Positions 19,650 through 28,756 of a stretch of 64,000 nucleotides of DNA are shown piece after piece. The number at the start of each line of letters is the position of its first letter. The first letter of the stretch is position 1. A model generated the notes under the pieces. The model was given only the letters and a program-made list of their open reading frames with translations. It was not told the origin of the DNA and did no database searches. Both the position numbers and the translations under genes were made by a program. Source of the DNA: Candidatus Poribacteria bacterium (GTDB lineage: Bacteria > Poribacteria > WGA-4E > PCPOR2b); the NCBI GenBank assembly GCA_965215015.1, contig OZ244042.1:5788581-5852580 (forward strand), read 5' to 3'.

Positions 19650-19708
19650 GTAGGCGGGGCATCTTGCCCCGCTCAAAGAGAATTAAATGAGGGGTGCTCA
19701 TAAGTCAG
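19650..19708. repeat. mosaic repeat: GC hairpin (GTAGGCGGGGCATCTTGCCCCGC) plus inverted R3 core
   Basis: The hairpin is homologous to 60367-60392 (TAGGTGGGGTATCTTGCCCCATCTA). It is followed by AATTAAATGAGGGGTGCTCATAAG. Confidence 0.6.
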
Positions 19709-19949
19709 ATTACGCGTGGACACTCGCCCTATGGGTATGGAGATCGGGGGGGGGTGGTTGGACAAGATGCTCCAGCTATGGAGTTGGAAGTGCTTTGTTT
19801 TTCTCCATTCGGGGTGGGAATTTAATGGAGGTTGGGTGTTAGCCAGGCAATATGCCATAATGGTTGTGTGGTTTACGGCACGACGGATTGTGCCTACTAC
19901 TTTATAAGCACCCCTTGATTAAATCATCCGACTTCCGCATTGGTTTTTC

Positions 19950-19978
19950 TTGTTTTCAAAAGCGTGTTGGTGTATAAT
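19950..19978 (+). promoter_or_regulatory. candidate sigma70 promoter (TTGTTT-17-TATAAT)
   Basis: Perfect -10 at 19973-19978, a 17-nt spacer, and a TTG-type -35 at 19950-19955. It faces the hypothetical gene at 20304. Confidence 0.35.
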
Positions 19979-19989
19979 TGACTATAGCT

Positions 19990-20073
19990 ATACCTCCTGC
20001 CAAAAATGGTCATTCGGGGTAAAAGCCGAGGCGATTTTCCCCTTCTGCGACGGCAGTGTGTTGCAGGAGGTAT
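19990..20073 (+). promoter_or_regulatory. candidate structured 5-prime leader element
   Basis: An 11-bp perfect closing helix (ATACCTCCTGC 19990-20000 with GCAGGAGGTAT 20063-20073) encloses an 8-bp bulged hairpin (GGGGtAAAA 20016-20024 with TTTTCCCC 20035-20042). Confidence 0.3.
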
Positions 20074-20183
20074 GGCTGACCAAAGGGGTTCCGATACGGG
20101 CCCCATGGGCAAGGCGTTGTCCATTGCATTAGCGATTGTCAGACGGGCTTAGGCTTGCTATCCGTGTTGATAGCATAATTCGA

Positions 20184-20240
20184 CACCTAAAGGAACAGGT
20201 AGGCATCACAATCCTTTAGGTGTGGGAGTACGTCAATAAG
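20184..20240 (+). repeat. 11-bp perfect hairpin plus 27-nt motif shared with the TnpB-like remnant boundary
   Basis: CACCTAAAGGA (20184-20194) pairs with TCCTTTAGGTG (20212-20222). CCTTTAGGTGTGGGAGTACGTCAATAAG matches the reverse complement of 40149-40175 at about 23 of 27 positions. Confidence 0.55.
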
Positions 20241-20303
20241 CAGCTTACTTCTGTTTGAAGGGTTTTGAATTTACTTTGCACCTGCTCGTAACTGGAGGAA
20301 CAG

Positions 20304-20723
20304 ATGGCGTCTAAGATAGTAAATAACCAGGAAAGGCATGATTGGATTGAATACCCAGTACAGGATGACGTTCGGTTGGAAGTGTACTGGAGGGATGACC
20401 AAGGTGGTCGTGGGCCCGCAGCCTCGCTATATTTCTATGATGACGAGGTTTTGCGGTTCGACTGTTTTGGCGGGGATGAGGGCCACTGTCATGTAAATCT
20501 GCAACAGACCCGAGGGCAACGGTGGTATTACCCGGAAGGGTCTGTGAAAGAAAACATTAAACAATCAGGCTTTGATTTGAGGAAAAACTACATGTTTTGC
20601 ATCCTGTCACACCAAGATGATAGGATTCGACGATTGAAAATCGATCCAGAAAAACTTGAAGTAGCCGCAAGCCAAATGGAAAACAGATTGACCGAAATTG
20701 CTACTCAACTCAACATGCTTTAG
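20304..20723 (+). CDS. hypothetical protein
   Basis: The ATG is preceded by GGAGGA. 139 aa with no family I recognise (contains LRFDCFGGDEGHCHVN). Confidence 0.5.
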   Translation: MASKIVNNQERHDWIEYPVQDDVRLEVYWRDDQGGRGPAASLYFYDDEVLRFDCFGGDEGHCHVNLQQTRGQRWYYPEGSVKENIKQSGFDLRKNYMFCILSHQDDRIRRLKIDPEKLEVAASQMENRLTEIATQLNML

Positions 20724-20767
20724 ATTTGTATTGCCAGTACGCTATCAATTTTGTAATGACGGGGTAC

Positions 20768-20795
20768 TAGGGGCAACGGGAAGCGTTGCCCCTAC
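20768..20795. repeat. GC hairpin (GGGGCAACG-GGAA-CGTTGCCCC) between convergent genes
   Basis: Perfect 9-bp GC-rich stem flanked by CTA/TAC, of the same type as the 3229 and 32791 hairpins. There is no T run. Confidence 0.55.
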
Positions 20796-20815
20796 TTCCA
20801 TCTAAGTGCTCAGAT

Positions 20816-22006
20816 TTACCCCGCCCCTTCGATTACTTCCATCCACACACCACGAACAAATCCCGGATATTCCCCCTCGCTGAAAGCGGGATAATAGACA
20901 TTCTCACCGGTAAAATCGTGGACAACCTCACCACCTTTGCTGTCGGGGATATGCACACGGCAAGTTCGCTGCCCCTGTTTATAGAGTGCTGTGGGCGAAG
21001 GGGTTCCCGGTGCAACGCGGTAGCGTTGCAGCGCATACTCATCAACTTCGACTCCCAGTCCCGGTGTTTCCGGTGGGGCAATCGTTCCGTCCACCACCTC
21101 CAACCGTTGCGTTAAAAGATCATGCTCCCACAACTCAAAGCAGGTGATTGCCGGCAGTTGTGCATGGGACAGAACCGCGCCGATGTGCATGGCATAAGCG
21201 GTCGTAATGCCCGTTCCGACCATTTGCAGCCAGAACGGCTTATCGAACGAAGCGCACAACGCATTGAGTCGCCGTGTCTCCGTTGCCCCGCCTCCAACGA
21301 CAAAACCGCCGCAGCAGCGGGCGTGCAGGCACGGTTCATTAAAGTGTTCGACAATCCGTTTTTCTACCGCTTCCTGTAGACGTCCGGCACCTTCGATATC
21401 TGTGCCGAGGTAGTAGGGGCTTTCGTAGTATGCGACGTTGGGGTGCTTATCCAACTCCTGCAAAACGGGTTGGGCGCCATCCGCTGTTCGGAGAAAACCG
21501 TTGAAATCGATGTCCAATTTGTAACCTTCTGGAACAACCTTTCCGACGGCTTCCACTTGTGCAAAGATGTCCCGCCACGGACGGGCTTTCAGCTTAATTG
21601 ATGTGTAGCCGCGTTTTACGGACTCCTCCGCCTCTTTCACCCAGTCCTCCGGCGGCATGTCAATATCCCACCACGAAATCGGACATCGATCCCGAAGCTT
21701 TGTACCCAGCAATTGGTAGACAGGCACACCAACCGATTTACCGACGGCATCAAACAGGGACATCTGAATACCAAAACCGATGCTGTCATCCTGCATGATT
21801 GCAAACGGGTTTTGTCCAATGACCCGATCGAAGTTGCCGGATTCATCGCCCATATTTTCGCCATAGCCGATAACGCCGTTATCCAACTCAACGCGGTATA
21901 TCTCTATCTGTTCCGAGTGCGTCAAGGCGCGTTGCATGTGTCCGGTGACATAATCGGTGTAAAAAGGGATGTGTAGCGTAAGCATTTCAAGGGTTTTAAT
22001 CTTCAT
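20816..22006 (-). CDS. enolase-superfamily enzyme (mandelate racemase/muconate lactonizing enzyme family)
   Basis: The ATG at 22006 (MKIKTLEMLTLHIPF) has GGAGGA 8 nt upstream. Family motifs: FDAVGKSVGVPVYQLLG, KLDIDFNG, ESPY. The ORF-track extension to 22192 has no support. Confidence 0.8.
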   Translation of the reverse strand: MKIKTLEMLTLHIPFYTDYVTGHMQRALTHSEQIEIYRVELDNGVIGYGENMGDESGNFDRVIGQNPFAIMQDDSIGFGIQMSLFDAVGKSVGVPVYQLLGTKLRDRCPISWWDIDMPPEDWVKEAEESVKRGYTSIKLKARPWRDIFAQVEAVGKVVPEGYKLDIDFNGFLRTADGAQPVLQELDKHPNVAYYESPYYLGTDIEGAGRLQEAVEKRIVEHFNEPCLHARCCGGFVVGGGATETRRLNALCASFDKPFWLQMVGTGITTAYAMHIGAVLSHAQLPAITCFELWEHDLLTQRLEVVDGTIAPPETPGLGVEVDEYALQRYRVAPGTPSPTALYKQGQRTCRVHIPDSKGGEVVHDFTGENVYYPAFSEGEYPGFVRGVWMEVIEGAG

Positions 22007-22149
22007 CACTGAAATCCTCCAAAAGGTTGAAAATCCAGTGTGTATTGTAGCACAGTTTTCGGCTGCGGGGGGAAAATTGTAGCTAGTATAGACCTTTTGC
22101 TCTTTTTTTGGTATCATGTGTCCAACACATTTACTGGAGAGGAGTCCCA

Positions 22150-23100
22150 ATGAATTACGGAACAATCCCAGGAATAGACAGAGAAATTTCACAGCTCGTG
22201 CTCGGGTGTATGCTATTTACGCCCGATGAGATGAAACACAGTTATTTGATGCTAGACGAATTTTTTGCGGCCGGCGGCAATGCACTCGATACCGCGTACA
22301 GCTATGGCGGCGGCGATAGCGAGCGGCTGCTCGGTATGTGGATGAAAAATCAGAAAAATCGATCCGAGGTGTTTTTGGTTGACAAAGGGGGGCATCCACA
22401 TGCCGCGGTGCCACGTCCCCGCCTGAGTCCGGAGGAGCTTGCACACGACATCCACGAAAGTCTTCTCCGTCTACAGACCGATTATATTGACCTGTTTCTG
22501 CTGCATCGAGATGATCCAAGCATTCCAGCCGGTACAATCATCGAGCACCTAAATCAAGAGATTCGCGCGGGCAACCTTCGAGCGATTGGTGCATCGAATT
22601 GGGAGCTGGAACGCCTCCAGGAAGCGAACGAATATGCCGCGAAACATCGGTTACAGGGATTTGTGGTCAGCAGCAACAATATCAGCTTGGCTGTTCCAAT
22701 GGAACCGATGTGGAAAGGTGTCGTGTCCGTGTCGGAAGCGGCATGGGAGTGGCACCACGAAACACAATTTCCGCTCCTACCCTGGTCCTCGCAGGCGCGG
22801 GGGTTCTTTAGCGGGCGTTTTGCTCCTGAAAAACGGGAAAATCAGGATATGGTCCGGGTGTACTATAACGATGCCAATTTTGAGCGACTCAAACGTGCAC
22901 AAACACTTGGGGAGAAGAAGGGGTGTACGGCAATACAGATTTCACTTGCACATGTTTTGCACCAACCGTTTCCCACTTTTCCGCTCGTTGGTCCCGTGAA
23001 TCAAGAGGAGCTATCTTCGTGTCTTGAAGCGTTGGCAATCCAACTATCTTCCGATGAGATGCGTTGGTTGAATATAGAAACCGACGACATTGATTTGTAA
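22150..23100 (+). CDS. aldo/keto reductase
   Basis: MNYGTIPG...LVLGCM, DTAYSYGGG, DLFLLHRDD, and IGASNW motifs. RBS GGAGAGGAG lies before ATG 22150. Confidence 0.85.
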   Translation: MNYGTIPGIDREISQLVLGCMLFTPDEMKHSYLMLDEFFAAGGNALDTAYSYGGGDSERLLGMWMKNQKNRSEVFLVDKGGHPHAAVPRPRLSPEELAHDIHESLLRLQTDYIDLFLLHRDDPSIPAGTIIEHLNQEIRAGNLRAIGASNWELERLQEANEYAAKHRLQGFVVSSNNISLAVPMEPMWKGVVSVSEAAWEWHHETQFPLLPWSSQARGFFSGRFAPEKRENQDMVRVYYNDANFERLKRAQTLGEKKGCTAIQISLAHVLHQPFPTFPLVGPVNQEELSSCLEALAIQLSSDEMRWLNIETDDIDL

Positions 23101-23124
23101 ACGATGTGTGGGAAGGAATAATCC

Positions 23125-24618
23125 ATGTCTACCAAACCAAATGTGCTTTTAATAAGTACCGACCATTGGCCCGCTGCCCTCTTGGGTGCTGCGGGACATC
23201 CAGCCATCCAAACCCCGACCCTTGATGAACTCTGTCGCAGCGGCGTTCGTTTCACTAACACCTATGCTGAATGCCCGGTCTGCATTCCAGCCCGTCGAAC
23301 CCTTATGACAGGCGTTACACCCCGCACCCACGGGGACCGGGTGTTTAAGGATAAACTGACCATGCCCGCAGTCCCAACGATGGCACAGACCTTTCGGGAC
23401 GCAGGCTATCAAGCGTATGCGGTCGGAAAACTGCACGTCTATCCGCAACGGGATCGCATCGGCTTCGATGATGTGATTTTGGACGAGGAGGGTCGTGTCC
23501 AATATGGGGTGTTAGATGATTACGAACTTTTTCTGGGTGACCAGGGATATGCAGGACGGCACTTCGACCATGGCATGAGTAATAACGAATACGGCACCCG
23601 CCCATGGCACCTGCCAGAGGAGACCCATGCAACCAACTGGGCGACGAATCAGATGGTACGCACCGTTAAACGCCGCGATCCGAATCGGCCCGCTTTCTGG
23701 TTCATCTCCTACCGTCACCCCCACCCACCAATCGTTCCGCTGCAAACATATCTGGAGCATTACCGCGATATTCCGATTGATGAACCGTATTGCGGAAACT
23801 GGTCAACTTCCTCAGAAGCACTACCTTTTAGCCTGAAAGCCAACACCGCGCGAGGGGCTAAGTTCACACCTCACCAAATCGTCTCCGCCCGTCGCGCCTT
23901 CTACGCCCTCTGCACCCATATCGACCATCAGTTGCGCGTCCTTATCGGCACATTGCGTGAAGAAGGTGTCCTCGACAATACGATTATCTGCTTCACGTCC
24001 GATCACGGTGACATGCTAGGCAATCATAGTATGTGGGCAAAACGGCTCTTCTACGAATATTCCGCCAATATCCCGATGATTCTGCTCGGCGTTGCCGGGG
24101 ATGAACGGGTGGGTTACAACCGTGTTGATGACCGACTGGTCGGCTGGGTGGATGTGATGCCAACGTTGTTGGACTTGGCAGGTGCCGATATCCCTGAGAC
24201 GGTCGAAGGAATTTCAATGGTCGGCGAGCAGAGGCGAGATTGGTTTTACGGCGAGGTAGGTGAGGATGACCATGCCACACGTATGATCCACGATGGTCGT
24301 TATAAGCTCATCTACTATCCTGTTGGCAACTGTCGACAGCTTTTTGATTTACAAAGGGATCCAGATGAGTTAACCGACCTCTCTACTTCCGCTGAACATG
24401 CCGACATCCTCACCAATCTGACTGACATCCTCACCAGTCAACTCTACGGCGGCGACGAAGCTTGGACTGAAAATGGGCAGCTCATCGGCGTTCCTGACCG
24501 AGATTTTATCCCCGGTCCTAATAGAGGGCTTACCAGCCAACGCGGTTCTCATTGGCCCCCGCCGCCACGAACGAATATGTCGCAGATTCAGTGGCACTCT
24601 GAGAAAAAAGAGAGGTAA
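23125..24618 (+). CDS. Cys-type sulfatase (arylsulfatase family), no signal peptide evident
   Basis: NVLLISTDHW and the active-site signature C-I-P-A-R-R-T-L-M-T-G (CxPxR). Also FTSDHGDMLG. Confidence 0.9.
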   Translation: MSTKPNVLLISTDHWPAALLGAAGHPAIQTPTLDELCRSGVRFTNTYAECPVCIPARRTLMTGVTPRTHGDRVFKDKLTMPAVPTMAQTFRDAGYQAYAVGKLHVYPQRDRIGFDDVILDEEGRVQYGVLDDYELFLGDQGYAGRHFDHGMSNNEYGTRPWHLPEETHATNWATNQMVRTVKRRDPNRPAFWFISYRHPHPPIVPLQTYLEHYRDIPIDEPYCGNWSTSSEALPFSLKANTARGAKFTPHQIVSARRAFYALCTHIDHQLRVLIGTLREEGVLDNTIICFTSDHGDMLGNHSMWAKRLFYEYSANIPMILLGVAGDERVGYNRVDDRLVGWVDVMPTLLDLAGADIPETVEGISMVGEQRRDWFYGEVGEDDHATRMIHDGRYKLIYYPVGNCRQLFDLQRDPDELTDLSTSAEHADILTNLTDILTSQLYGGDEAWTENGQLIGVPDRDFIPGPNRGLTSQRGSHWPPPPRTNMSQIQWHSEKKER

Positions 24619-24666
24619 GAGATTCAAACACCTTCTTACTTGGCGCAAAAATTGCCAGTAGCGAAT

Positions 24667-25647
24667 TCAATCTGTGGATTCAGGAAGGGTCGGATTGACC
24701 TGAAAAAAATCGACTGGAAAGTCAATATTAAATTGAGCTTCTTTAACAACAAATGTATTAATACGGTCTAATTTTCCTCCTGGCCATCTATGTATGTGTT
24801 TGGACACCATGGGGAACCAAATGTTCCCATATTTCCGAAAGTTCTCATAAATCATAGTCCACTTATCATCATCATAGTGCTCTTCCTTGAGAATACAGAA
24901 CTCTTTTCTCACATCCACCCATATCTTCACAGTTCGTTTGACAGATGGCACGCCAGCCCCCTCTTCTGGCTGGAATTCAAGTACATAACAGTCTACCCCA
25001 GCGATCGTTTCTCGACCAACAAGCATTGCATCAGAAGGCACTCGATGGCTGGAACGCCCATATAGCTCAAAATACAGAAAACTCCTATATTTACTAAAGT
25101 TTGCAAAAGCAACGGAGTAATAGGGAAATTCATCTAACGCTTCGTAAGCCTGGGTTTTTCCATCGTAAGTTATGACATGATAATCACCTGCAGTGGTATA
25201 TTTTGCTTCCTCGCTAAATAAATTTACCTTTAGGCGATCCACTTGGGTCATTTTGTATTGAAAAATCTTTGGATAAAACTCAGAATCTCGGTCGAAAATT
25301 TGGAACGCAACATTTGACTCTTCAACCACCCGGCGTTTTTCATACCAGTTGGTGTCAAAAGGTATCGCTTTGAGTTCTTCCTTTCGGATTTCCTCTTGGT
25401 GAGGCATTGCGTATTCCTTCAAGATTCTTTGCCGCTCTTTCTGTCTCAACGCTCGAATCTCTTCAGGTGATTTTTTCGCTTCATAGTCGAATGTTATGAT
25501 GATTCTCATTTCACCACTTCTGATCCGGCTACGTGCCTGATTAACCCCGTTGATTAACTGTTTTGTTGTAAGCCCTTCAGACTGGCATAACGGACCTAGC
25601 GAGAAGAGTGCAATGGTGAAGAATATTCTGAACATCTTTTCCTCCAT
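24667..25647 (-). CDS. hypothetical exported protein (LolA/RseB-like fold suspected)
   Basis: Signal peptide MFRIFFTIALFSLGPLCQSEG. The C-terminal pattern (GVDCYVLEF...VKIWVD...F.ILKEEHYDD...W.P) resembles outer-membrane lipoprotein-sorting-like proteins. This is weak. Confidence 0.45.
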   Translation of the reverse strand: MEEKMFRIFFTIALFSLGPLCQSEGLTTKQLINGVNQARSRIRSGEMRIIITFDYEAKKSPEEIRALRQKERQRILKEYAMPHQEEIRKEELKAIPFDTNWYEKRRVVEESNVAFQIFDRDSEFYPKIFQYKMTQVDRLKVNLFSEEAKYTTAGDYHVITYDGKTQAYEALDEFPYYSVAFANFSKYRSFLYFELYGRSSHRVPSDAMLVGRETIAGVDCYVLEFQPEEGAGVPSVKRTVKIWVDVRKEFCILKEEHYDDDKWTMIYENFRKYGNIWFPMVSKHIHRWPGGKLDRINTFVVKEAQFNIDFPVDFFQVNPTLPESTD

Positions 25648-26033
25648 TGATACCTTGGCTATTCAATGCGCCTATTGTAGTGAAGTCATTTCTTGACAAA
25701 AGCAAAACAGATCGGTTTTACACAAAATCAACTGATCTGCAGAGGGGCTCTTTTCTCCCGGCGTAGCAACCCGAGGAAAGAAAATCCAAAAGTGGAAATA
25801 CCTCTCGAAAAGCTCAGGAATCGTGACAAGAAATGTTCAGCGAAATCTCACAATCATCTCTTTTGTGAGAAGATTTACTACCATTGCCCCGATAAGGCCG
25901 AACCGTTTTTTTGACATCCTATATCACCTCCTTTACCTTGATGTTAAACTCACCTTCTTTCCAGTCGCCCCGCCTGGCTAGAGGTATTTCCACATTCAAA
26001 ATTTATATTATAGTCCTCAAATCAGAGATTATG

Positions 26034-26717
26034 TTATTGCTCTGATTTCCAAGATTCATACTTTTCGCTGTATCTTTCATCGAATTCTTCGACAGTCATT
26101 CCGTAGTCAAATACTATCTGCTCGACCTCTTTTTCAAGTTGAAGTCTTTGATCATCAAGAAGAGCGATTATAGTACGTAATTCTTGCATTCGGTTTTGAC
26201 TCCTGTGAAATTCTTCGTGTAGCCTCTCCGTTTCCTCCCCCCTGGCTTCGACTAAGTCGTGCAAACCAATTTCTATCTGTCTGTATTTAAGTTTATGAAG
26301 TTCTCTAGAGAACGGAGCGGTTTTGCGGTAAATGACTTCTCGTTGGTCATATAGTTGTTTGAGATCTATGAAAAGAGCCTCCAGTTCCGGACTGCTTTGC
26401 TCTTTAGAAATCTTCGCTTTGAACTCCTCAAAGTCCTCTATCTCGAAAATAACTTCTGGCTCTCCCAATTCTGTACTTTCGGACGTCTTCTCAGACGTTT
26501 TCCACTCTTCCTCGGTCGGTTCTGGATTTGAGCGTTCCAGCGTTAAGGGTTGAAAAGAGCTGCTCGCCCCCCGCGTTCCAATCAAAGGCACCTCTGGTTC
26601 AATTTCCATTGCTTGTCGATTTTTGCTTTCTATATGTAATTGATAACTAGTATAGATGAAATACACGATTGAAACCAGAAGCACGAAACATGAAAAAGCC
26701 AAAAATTTTCTTTCCAT
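26034..26717 (-). CDS. hypothetical single-pass membrane protein with acidic linker and coiled-coil C-terminus
   Basis: N-terminal TM segment (FLAFSCFVLLVSIVYFIY), then E/S/T-rich and heptad-like sequence. It lies 33 nt downstream of the FGE-like gene. Confidence 0.5.
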   Translation of the reverse strand: MERKFLAFSCFVLLVSIVYFIYTSYQLHIESKNRQAMEIEPEVPLIGTRGASSSFQPLTLERSNPEPTEEEWKTSEKTSESTELGEPEVIFEIEDFEEFKAKISKEQSSPELEALFIDLKQLYDQREVIYRKTAPFSRELHKLKYRQIEIGLHDLVEARGEETERLHEEFHRSQNRMQELRTIIALLDDQRLQLEKEVEQIVFDYGMTVEEFDERYSEKYESWKSEQ

Positions 26718-26750
26718 ATTCTCCTCCTTATGAAAATCTTGCAGGGATAC

Positions 26751-27602
26751 TCATCTGTCGGATGCATCCTGAACACAACGAAATCCGACGTTATAGGTTC
26801 TTCGGCCTTCTAGGTCATAATACCGATAGGAACATTGGAGTTGAATCCGAATTGAATCCCAACCCCCACCACGCAAAACCCTGAACTTACCACTGTCCGG
26901 CCCTTTGGGGTTTTTCCGTGAACTTTGTGGATAGTAACTCTCACTATACCAATCCGCACACCATTCCCAAACACTACCCGCTATATCCATGACACCGTAA
27001 GGACTGGCACCCCCAGGGAAACTGCCGACCGCTTGAAGTTTAGTGGCATGGGGAAAATAACGGAGTCTAGAAAAGTCCATCTCGTTCCCCCATGGATAGA
27101 TTTGTCCCTCTGTTCCCCTTGCGGCTTTTTCCCACTCCGCTTCGGTCGGAAGTCTTTTTCCCGCCCAAGTCGCGTAGGCATTCGCTTCATACCAACTCAC
27201 GCCAATCACGGGGTGGTCTGGCTCCGTTGAAACCGAATTTTCTCCATATTGCATGGGGGTTTCAACTTGATGCCATTCACCAGCATCAAATTGAAATTTC
27301 TGAATGAAATCCCACCCTTCTTCCGTCCAAAATTCTCCCTTTTTGTATCCACCTGCTAAGATAAACTCCTCATAGTGAGCATTAGTCACCTCGTATTTAT
27401 CAATGTAAAAGGCATCCAAATAGACCTGATGCGAGGGTTTCTGATCCGCGTTTGCCCCCCCAGAATCTGTTCCCATGATGAATTCACCGGCAGGAATTAA
27501 AATCATATCTTCGGGAAGTTCTGAGGAAACGGAAGATTGATTGCACGCTGCAAGCACCGTCAGCATCATCCCAATGAGCAAAAGACTAGCACATTTTCTC
27601 AT
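26751..27602 (-). CDS. formylglycine-generating-enzyme (FGE/SUMF1) family lipoprotein
   Basis: The ATG at 27602 is preceded by GAGGAGGAG. Lipobox MRKCASLLLIGMMLTVLAAC. FGE-sulfatase domain motifs: ILIPAGEFIMG, YIDKYEVTN, RLPTEAEWEKAARG, RVLRGGGW...NVGFRCV. Confidence 0.8.
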   Translation of the reverse strand: MRKCASLLLIGMMLTVLAACNQSSVSSELPEDMILIPAGEFIMGTDSGGANADQKPSHQVYLDAFYIDKYEVTNAHYEEFILAGGYKKGEFWTEEGWDFIQKFQFDAGEWHQVETPMQYGENSVSTEPDHPVIGVSWYEANAYATWAGKRLPTEAEWEKAARGTEGQIYPWGNEMDFSRLRYFPHATKLQAVGSFPGGASPYGVMDIAGSVWEWCADWYSESYYPQSSRKNPKGPDSGKFRVLRGGGWDSIRIQLQCSYRYYDLEGRRTYNVGFRCVQDASDR

Positions 27603-27619
27603 CGCTGATACTCCTCCTC

Positions 27620-28709
27620 TTAAGCAATACTGGATAACAGCCAAATCCCTAGTCCAAATAACAATACTCCTGTCCCTAACTTCACCGGCATTAGATGTCG
27701 TTGCAGCACACCACCCAATTGTATTGAAGTCGTTCCCCAATACACAAAAACGAACACCACCAACAGCGGTACGATAAACATTAGGTTATACAAAATCAGG
27801 TACGCCAACGCATGATCCCACATCCCCTCAACACCCATCACAAACGCAATCGTTGGCAAATAGACCTGCCCCGTGCAGACCAACTCCAGAGCGGAAATTG
27901 CAAACCCAATGACCAATGCACCGATAATCACTCCCGATGTTCGCGTTTGCTCACGGATGACTCTGTGGATGCGCTGCTTCAATGATTTAGGTAGCTGTAA
28001 CGTAATTTCTTTCACTTTCCCCTGTTTCGCTTTATAAGCATCATACAGACTCAAAAACGCTAGTACAAACGTCCCAATCGCAGCAAGCAGATAGACGCAC
28101 TTGGCAACGACCGAAAACTTGTTGAGGAACGAGAGAAACTTGAGGATTCCCATCCCCACAAGTAAGTACGTTACAAACACGGCGGCGGCGAATGCACCAC
28201 CGGCCACTCCTTCCTTTCTCGCCCAACAAGACTCATGTAAGAGATAAAAAATACAATTGTGGCAAAGGCGCATGGGTTAATCCCGTCAAGCAATCCCGCG
28301 CCCGCGACCGTCAACGTGCCAAAAGCGTTAAAACGTTCAACAATTTCGTCTGAAGCCTCCCCAGTCTTGACTTCTGCTTCCGGTAGTCGAGAGGCAACCC
28401 CGGTTGTCAGATATTTCCCGATAATTGTTTCCAGGAGCTTTTCATCAAGTTCGTCTAGCAGATACACATCACCGATAAATACCGCAGGTGTGGTCAGTCG
28501 CTTCACTTCGGGAATTTTGTACAGAGCCCCCGTCGCTTCAAGCAGTTCTCGGCTCTCTTTTGCATACTTCATTTCAACGACAATCTGCGGATACTTCGTT
28601 TTGAGTCGTTTCAAAATCTCGCTGGCTCTCGCACATCTTTGACACCCGCGTTGAGGAAGGTGATTAGAACAGTAGCAAAGTACCTGCCAAATTTATCATA
28701 ACTTGCCAT
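27620..28709 (-). pseudogene. thioredoxin-like (CxxC) domain fused to CcdA/DsbD-type thiol-disulfide transporter, split over three frames by two 1-nt frameshifts
   Basis: Frame a: MASYDKFGRYFATVLITFLNAG (ATG 28709, GGAG RBS). Frame b: CQRCARASEILKRLKTKYP...TTPAVFIGD...LLDGINPCAFATIVFFISYMSLVGRERKE. Frame c: GVAGGAFAAAVFVTYLLVGMG...ELVCTGQVYLP.... The shifts are near the CCC run at 28645-28647 and near 28190-28211. Confidence 0.7.
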
Positions 28710-28756
28710 GACTCACTCCAATTTAATCCGAATTCCACCTTGATAAGCCAAGCACC

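Noticed and set aside
19673-19907. ORFs 19673-19858 (-) and 19716-19907 (+)
   Set aside because: They are mutually antisense and span repeat cores and a G9 run. They have no RBS and no family resemblance.
20011-20035. Resemblance of GGTCATTCGGGGTAAAAGCCGAGGCGA to the 3-prime half of the ykkC/guanidine-I riboswitch (GGGA.AAAAGCCCGGGAGA)
   Set aside because: The 5-prime conserved half (CTAGGGTTCCG...GGTCCGAGAG) is not present in the right order. The downstream gene is not a guanidine-related function. The similarity is too short to trust without a covariance-model search.
26751-26900. Diversity-generating retroelement target. FGE/C-type-lectin folds are classic DGR variable proteins.
   Set aside because: The C-terminal codons are not AAC/NNC-patterned. 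I found no template-repeat copy of this segment in the window, and there is no reverse transcriptase gene nearby.
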